A stretch of DNA of 64,000 nt from Escherichia phage LAMP: sequence record MG673519.1. One strand, written 5' to 3'. The translations under genes and the position numbers were made by a program. Positions 59,405 to 64,000 of the stretch are shown in pieces (position 1 is the first letter of the stretch; each line of letters opens with the position of its first letter). A model generated the notes under the pieces. The model ran no database searches, was not told the origin of the DNA, and saw only the letters and a program-made list of their open reading frames with translations.

Positions 59405-59521
59405 TTATTTAGCTACCTTTTTCTGTCCGTTTACGAACCAGATAATTGAACCATCAGACTGTCGTTGACCGAAGCCTTTCTGGTTGATCATATCGTCATA
59501 AGAATATGCTTTAGGTCTCAT
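59405..59521 (-). CDS. Small hypothetical protein (about 38 aa)
   Basis: Own translation (MRPKAYSYDDMINQKGFGQRQSDGSIIWFVNGQKKVAK); AGGA SD; below the track cutoff. Confidence 0.3.
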   Translation of the reverse strand: MRPKAYSYDDMINQKGFGQRQSDGSIIWFVNGQKKVAK

Positions 59522-59529
59522 TTGTTTTC

Positions 59530-59778
59530 CTACGGAGTTAAGATAATTTCAGCCTTACTAAACTTCTCACCAACAACCGTGTCACCAGATACGACACGAA
59601 CTTCGCCCGTACCTAGATTAACAGCTACAGCAGGTTGACAACCACTGCTCTTAGCTGTCAGCATATAAATCTTTTGATTCTGGCACTCTTGGAGTGTGAA
59701 CACGTCCGTCACATTTAGATCTCTTACTCGGAGGATTTTTTCCTCTTTGCCTTTAACTTTAATGTTAATAATGCTCAT
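59530..59778 (-). CDS. Hypothetical protein
   Basis: ORF track, 82 aa. Confidence 0.5.
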   Translation of the reverse strand: MSIINIKVKGKEEKILRVRDLNVTDVFTLQECQNQKIYMLTAKSSGCQPAVAVNLGTGEVRVVSGDTVVGEKFSKAEIILTP

Positions 59779-59780
59779 GA

Positions 59781-60023
59781 TTACTCCTGAACCACTGACA
59801 TACGAATCATTTCAACCTGAGTATCACTCTTCATAACACCCAAAACACCAGTCATAAGATTAACTGTAGTAATCCAGTCTTTTTCTACAGAGATTTTGCT
59901 GGATACATTGGCAACACGCATATAATACTGAGGTGCTGAACCTTGTTGGATTACGAAAGGATTTCCGGGAATAATTGTAGCCAGTGAAACAGTGTTATCC
60001 TTTTTCTTTGGGATGATCTTCAT
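59781..60023 (-). CDS. Hypothetical protein
   Basis: ORF track, 80 aa. Confidence 0.5.
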   Translation of the reverse strand: MKIIPKKKDNTVSLATIIPGNPFVIQQGSAPQYYMRVANVSSKISVEKDWITTVNLMTGVLGVMKSDTQVEMIRMSVVQE

Positions 60024-60031
60024 ATTGATTC

Positions 60032-60343
60032 CTATTTAAGTTTGAGGCTAATATTAAGGTGCATACATGCCCTGTTCTGTACAGCAGCATAACTTCTACC
60101 GAGCATTTCAGCCATTCTCTGAATAGGCATAAACCCAGCATTACGGATAAGGAACTGATCTTCTTCTTTAGACCACTTAACTCGGAGTACAGCTCTTGAT
60201 ATACCGAACTTAGTGCAGGCTGTATTAACTGCATTCTCCGTTACATTCATAATCTGAGCAACCTCTTGAACCGAGTACTCTTTGATTAGTCTCCGAAGAT
60301 TTTCAATCTGCATCGGAGTCCATATAGTTCTTCGTGCTTTCAT
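60032..60343 (-). CDS. DNA-binding protein with two tandem helix-turn-helix (Myb/SANT-like) repeats
   Basis: 103 aa; two similar halves (WTPMQIENLRRLIKEYSVQEVAQIM... and WSKEEDQFLIRNAGFMPIQRMAEML...). Confidence 0.45.
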   Translation of the reverse strand: MKARRTIWTPMQIENLRRLIKEYSVQEVAQIMNVTENAVNTACTKFGISRAVLRVKWSKEEDQFLIRNAGFMPIQRMAEMLGRSYAAVQNRACMHLNISLKLK

Positions 60344-60639
60344 ATACCCTCCAATTAAACATTTATATAAGACTTGCTTAGATAAAGATTCAATAAAATA
60401 GGGGGAGGGGACGAATCCTCCCTTATCCTATTAATTAGTATTGCATGTAAGATCTAACAATCGGTTTCCTTTGTAGGAATAAGCGTTATGCTCATCCAGC
60501 ACTAAACTCCCGCCCCCTTAGTGGGCTGGGTTATTAAAGGGTAACGCCCTTATGGGCTAGTTACGTGAATGTTAGTTTGATAGGAGATCTGAAGTCCTAT
60601 CTCAAAGGACTCTCGTAAGAATCCTTCACGATAAGCTCT

Positions 60640-60861
60640 TTAGTAAACTAAGCCTACAACCTTTGCATCAGGCTGAGGCACTACTTGTGCATTAGGGCGA
60701 TAACCGTCTACCGAACCATTCCAAAGATTGACGCAGGTGATATACCCGTCATTTAAGAAATCTGTTTTAATCCAGAAATGTTTATCATGCCCAAAAACAT
60801 CCCCGTTAGAGAGGGAGGAGAGCTCAACAGTTTTAAGTGACTGCTTAGAGTCTAGTTTCAT
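60640..60861 (-). CDS. Hypothetical protein
   Basis: ORF track, 73 aa. Confidence 0.45.
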   Translation of the reverse strand: MKLDSKQSLKTVELSSLSNGDVFGHDKHFWIKTDFLNDGYITCVNLWNGSVDGYRPNAQVVPQPDAKVVGLVY

Positions 60862-60870
60862 ATAAGTTCC

Positions 60871-61068
60871 TTAATATACCAAACCCTGTAAGAGAAACAC
60901 CCTCTTTGTAAGCTCTGCTTTAGCTCTGTAATAAGCCTTAGAACCTAACAAGCGGTCCTTAACAAAGAACTTAATGTCATTGCTAACATCTTGTATTAAA
61001 CGCTCCTGCACAGCTTCTGAGGAGTTATTAATCGAATCAATTAACACCTTTGTAGATGTGTAATTCAT
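60871..61068 (-). CDS. Hypothetical protein
   Basis: ORF track, 65 aa. Confidence 0.45.
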   Translation of the reverse strand: MNYTSTKVLIDSINNSSEAVQERLIQDVSNDIKFFVKDRLLGSKAYYRAKAELTKRVFLLQGLVY

Positions 61069-61069
61069 A

Positions 61070-61351
61070 CTACCACTCCTTACCAGACGTTGTTACAGAA
61101 CCGCTACACCACTGTGCATTCGACAGTGTTTTAGTTTCTTCATCAACAGCTGCACCATTAAGGCAAGAGATCCCATTATAGCGCATATCAATCTCACCAG
61201 AAGGAACCTTGTTCCCTGAATGCCAGCGAGATACGCACACACCTTCAACAGCTACTGCACACCATCCATCAGGACGGCTCTGTACGCAGCCTGTAAGGGC
61301 CACACAGACAATGAAGATACAGATTAAGGATATTACACCACCCCAACTCAT
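61070..61351 (-). CDS. Putative lipoprotein
   Basis: 93 aa; signal peptide with lipobox-like LTGC, Cys-rich mature part. Confidence 0.5.
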   Translation of the reverse strand: MSWGGVISLICIFIVCVALTGCVQSRPDGWCAVAVEGVCVSRWHSGNKVPSGEIDMRYNGISCLNGAAVDEETKTLSNAQWCSGSVTTSGKEW

Positions 61352-61370
61352 AACTATCTCCTAATTAATT

Positions 61371-61446
61371 TGGTGCGCCCTACAGGATTTGAACCTGTAA
61401 CCAATAGCTTAGAAGGCTACTGCTCTATCCATTGAGCTAAGAGCGC
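61371..61446 (-). tRNA. tRNA-Arg (anticodon UCU)
   Basis: Minus-strand sequence GCGCTCT..AGAGC..GTAGC-CTTCTAA-GCTAT..GGTTCAAATCC..AGGGCGC-ACCA: 7-bp acceptor stem, anticodon loop CU-UCU-AA, T-loop GGTTCAAATCC, encoded CCA end, 76 nt. Confidence 0.85.
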
Positions 61447-61509
61447 TTAATTTATTTAGATCATATCTCGCTTGGTGATAGGACCACACACTTTACATTC
61501 ATACCAACC

Positions 61510-61761
61510 TCAAGCACATGCAGGGAGTGTGATGATTTCAGGTTTACCTTCGAACTCTTCAAACAAACCCAAGAATGTAGGACTGTAAGTACCAGTACAA
61601 ACAAACTCATCAAACAGTTCGTTATAGCTAGGCTTAATCTTCCAAGCCCATACATAACCCATCTTGTCAATTGCAATGTAACGAGTGTTTAGAGGAACAG
61701 TCATCATCACACCATCAACTTCGACCACTTTAGTGATTGGTGCAGCTTGGAAGTTTTTCAT
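61510..61761 (-). CDS. Hypothetical protein
   Basis: ORF track, 83 aa. Confidence 0.5.
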   Translation of the reverse strand: MKNFQAAPITKVVEVDGVMMTVPLNTRYIAIDKMGYVWAWKIKPSYNELFDEFVCTGTYSPTFLGLFEEFEGKPEIITLPACA

Positions 61762-61770
61762 ACTTTACCT

Positions 61771-61807
61771 TTAATTAAAACAACAAAGGCCACCCAATCG
61801 GGCAGCC
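61771..61807 (-). terminator. Candidate intrinsic terminator
   Basis: On the minus strand, GGCUGCCC-GAUU-GGGUGGCC (two G-U pairs) followed by UUUGUUGUUUU. Confidence 0.4.
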
Positions 61808-61813
61808 TTTCTT

Positions 61814-62065
61814 TTATTGACTCACACCACGAATCAAATGATTCTGTAGCATTTCATCTTCTGCATTATAAAGGAATGCGAACATCAATTCCTTAGCCAC
61901 ATCTCTTGAGCAGTTAAGACACTTAGAGATTTGAGCTAGTTGCATATTACGTTCGGTGTGCTCCACTAAGGCAATGCGAATGATCTCTCGCATACCTATT
62001 ACATGGGCTGTTTTAACCGGCATAGGTCCAATTACCTTGCTTGTCACGGATAGTGGACATTGCAT
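61814..62065 (-). CDS. Hypothetical protein
   Basis: ORF track, 83 aa. Confidence 0.5.
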   Translation of the reverse strand: MQCPLSVTSKVIGPMPVKTAHVIGMREIIRIALVEHTERNMQLAQISKCLNCSRDVAKELMFAFLYNAEDEMLQNHLIRGVSQ

Positions 62066-62416
62066 GAAGCCAGAATCCTTCCAGTTTCAGAGCACCATTA
62101 GTTACTGCATCCATACGTTCAGGGCGGTTCATACGTTTGGTTGATACTTTCATACCTATCTCTCTTTGTTAGTGGAGGCATTATTGCCAGTTGATATAGC
62201 AGATAGCCCTATTAAAAAGGACTACCGACTATCTAAACTGGTGAAGACTCCCTACCCCTAGGAAGTCTCCTGAATCCCAAACCAATATGTACCCCTACAT
62301 ATCAGAAAGTCTACCGAAAATTAACAGGTTTTAGTCTAACACCGGATGTTCGAGCAAGCTCTCCCTAGCGGTGTGGCATATGCCTGATTTAATAAGTTAA
62401 TGAGGAACACCCTCAC

Positions 62417-62444
62417 ATAGCCCTCTGATAAGCACAAGGGCTAT
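62417..62444 (-). terminator. Conserved hairpin element (copy 2) just 3' of a stop codon
   Basis: 8-bp stem ATAGCCCT/AGGGCTAT preceded on the plus strand by CTCACATAGCC, the same 11-mer as at 59031. Confidence 0.35.
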
Positions 62445-62453
62445 AAGTCGGTG

Positions 62454-62750
62454 TTACTTGTCGGCTTCAATCTCTTGATGCTTAGCTATAGCTACTCGCA
62501 AGTCCTCATTAGCACGAGTAAGGCGTAATACTTCATGGTTGAGATTCTTAAGACGCTTGTTTCTATCTTCAACTTGCGTAATAAGATCATTAAGAGTTGC
62601 TTTAACTTTCTCATTATACATCTCATCCACTCGGACTAGAGATTTGTACATTCTCTCCCAGCTTGCTGCTTTGTTCCTAAGGATAATAAATCCTATAACG
62701 CTGATAGTTAAACAGCTTACAAAAAGGAATTTATATATCTCTAAAGTCAT
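62454..62750 (-). CDS. Membrane-anchored coiled-coil protein
   Basis: 98 aa; N-terminal hydrophobic helix (FLFVSCLTISVIGFIIL) then charged helical region. Confidence 0.5.
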   Translation of the reverse strand: MTLEIYKFLFVSCLTISVIGFIILRNKAASWERMYKSLVRVDEMYNEKVKATLNDLITQVEDRNKRLKNLNHEVLRLTRANEDLRVAIAKHQEIEADK

Positions 62751-62949
62751 ATTATTTACCCTTTATCAGAGATTAAAAGTAATATTATTTAAGTAAGTTA
62801 TATTTAGTAAACTTATTTTCTAAGAAATTTTCAAAGGGTCTATATACAGAGCATTACCCATAGTCCCAGAACACTACCATCTTTTTCAATAAATTTACTA
62901 AGTGGTTGGTTTATAAAGGAATTTAGTTTGTCAAATCTGGCACTAGTGA

Positions 62950-63339
62950 TTATTCCCTAGAGCTATTATCGAACACTAAATCACCACAATACATAGGATT
63001 GGCATACCATTTTGGCACCCCTTCGCTCTTACTTTGAAAGTAAGTCCCACTGTACAGCGGAACATAATTCTTCTTAAGGGCACGTTTAGCAAGTCGCTCG
63101 CTTTCTCCAATGGCTTGCTTAGTCATCGGATTTTTATCACGAATCAGCTTTACATAACGTTTATAAGGTTTCTCCTGTTTTAATAGTACCGGAATCCACT
63201 CAAACTGGTTATTTTGTCTTATCACCTGTTCAGCGGTCAGTTTTCGTTGAGCCATTCTGTTTATTACGGTATCCGCAACCATAGCTTTACATGCGGTTGG
63301 CTGATTCCCTGCCTCATAATAAATAGTCAATGTCAACAT
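62950..63339 (-). CDS. Cell-wall hydrolase, SleB/CwlJ-like
   Basis: 129 aa; N-terminal TIYYEAGNQPTACKAMVADTVINRM resembles the YxEARGE...AVA.VI.NR signature of SleB-type hydrolases. Confidence 0.5.
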   Translation of the reverse strand: MLTLTIYYEAGNQPTACKAMVADTVINRMAQRKLTAEQVIRQNNQFEWIPVLLKQEKPYKRYVKLIRDKNPMTKQAIGESERLAKRALKKNYVPLYSGTYFQSKSEGVPKWYANPMYCGDLVFDNSSRE

Positions 63340-63386
63340 TAGCTGGGCCGTTGTTATCAGAACTTGCTACCTCCTGTTTTACGGGC

Positions 63387-63414
63387 ATAAAAAAGCCCCA
63401 GCCGTAGCCGGGGC
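63387..63414 (-). terminator. Intrinsic terminator (distal of a tandem pair)
   Basis: On the minus strand, GCCCCGGC-UACG-GCUGGGGC followed by UUUUUUAU. Confidence 0.45.
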
Positions 63415-63473
63415 AAACCTGAAAGCAACGCATGACCGTTGCTATAAATACACTCGCAAATGCACTTACAGCA

Positions 63474-63499
63474 ACGCAAAAAGCCGCTCAAAGGCGGCT
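63474..63499 (-). terminator. Intrinsic terminator (proximal of a tandem pair)
   Basis: On the minus strand, AGCCGC-CUUUGA-GCGGCU followed by UUUUUG. Confidence 0.45.
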
Positions 63500-63553
63500 A
63501 TGCGGAAGCTTCAAATGGGGAGGGCACGACGCTACAGAAAGAGCGTCATAGTA

Positions 63554-63727
63554 CTAAAAAGAGAGGCTATTGGAGAGGTTACTTATTGCCTTCTTTAATG
63601 CCTTGTTTTCTTGTTTAACCAATTCGTTTTCTTCTTGCAAGGATGCTACCAGATGGACCAGAACATCAACTACTGAATCACCTTGCCGCATCTCTCTGAC
63701 TTTATTTAGAATCTCTGAATAAATCAT
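63554..63727 (-). CDS. Small coiled-coil protein (about 57 aa)
   Basis: Own translation (MIYSEILNKVREMRQGDSVVDVLVHLVASLQEENELVKQENKALKK...); ATGA overlap with the upstream gene. Confidence 0.3.
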   Translation of the reverse strand: MIYSEILNKVREMRQGDSVVDVLVHLVASLQEENELVKQENKALKKAISNLSNSLSF

Positions 63728-63969
63728 TTTACCCTCGCTTCTTTGATGGGGTCAATGTATTTTTCAACTCCCCACTTGCGTTTACTGTCTGCGTAGAAAA
63801 CATCAGGTGCGCACTGGCTAGTCTTAGGGAATGCTTGCGGGTCTTTCGTGCTACCTTTAAACTTCTGTTTACCACGGGTCCGACCATTACAGAAGATCTC
63901 TAGCTTCTTCTCCTCTTCTGTTTTAGCTCCACCGCTACGTAATAAAGAGCGTTTATGATCGGCTAACAA
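63724..63969 (-). CDS. Hypothetical basic protein (N-terminus may extend beyond the window)
   Basis: ORF track, 81 aa; upstream frame not checked to the window edge. Confidence 0.4.
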   Translation of the reverse strand: MLADHKRSLLRSGGAKTEEEKKLEIFCNGRTRGKQKFKGSTKDPQAFPKTSQCAPDVFYADSKRKWGVEKYIDPIKEARVK

Positions 63970-64000
63970 TAACGCATCAGCACGATGGACACGATGGCCT

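Noticed and set aside
59995-60234. 79-aa minus-strand ORF overlapping the HTH gene in another frame
   Set aside because: Almost entirely contained within the better-supported 60032..60343 ORF, which has recognisable repeat structure.
60401-60422. tRNA-like T-arm (GGGAGG-GGACGAAT-CCTCCC) in a 290-bp intergenic region
   Set aside because: The flanking sequence is AT-rich and cannot form acceptor, D or anticodon arms on either strand; probably a simple hairpin.

Overview
This window reads as a contiguous piece of a tailed-phage genome built from two convergent modules. All calls come from reading the ORF track and sequence by eye; no database search was run, product names rest on motifs I recognise, and coordinates of features not in the ORF track may be off by 1-3 nt. 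Plus strand, 1-30.5 kb: a virion module with terminase, portal, scaffold, major capsid, two tail fibres, GH24 lysozyme, a lytic transglycosylase and large internal or tail proteins. Minus strand, 30.6-64 kb: a replication and nucleotide-metabolism module with a T7-like primase-helicase, a family A DNA polymerase, SSB, PhoH, ThyX, thioredoxin and dCTP deaminase, plus one tRNA-Arg(UCU). The two modules meet at a bidirectional terminator near 30.5 kb. No RNA polymerase, integrase or CRISPR array was seen. The strongest candidate for an undescribed system is a co-directional minus-strand cluster at about 48.9-58.3 kb: a gamma-glutamyl-cyclotransferase-like protein, an ATP-grasp ligase, a class II (Ntn) glutamine-amidotransferase-like protein fused to zinc ribbons, a putative amidoligase and five unknown proteins. 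Its amidotransferase appears to start at an AUU codon placed 3 nt after a 9-codon leader ORF. Other notable points: the polymerase gene is interrupted by a compact ORF-less group I intron (P, Q, R and S core elements all visible) and its proofreading exonuclease is a separate gene; the capsid gene carries a lambda-type G GGA AAG slippery site leading into a -1 frame Ig-like ORF.
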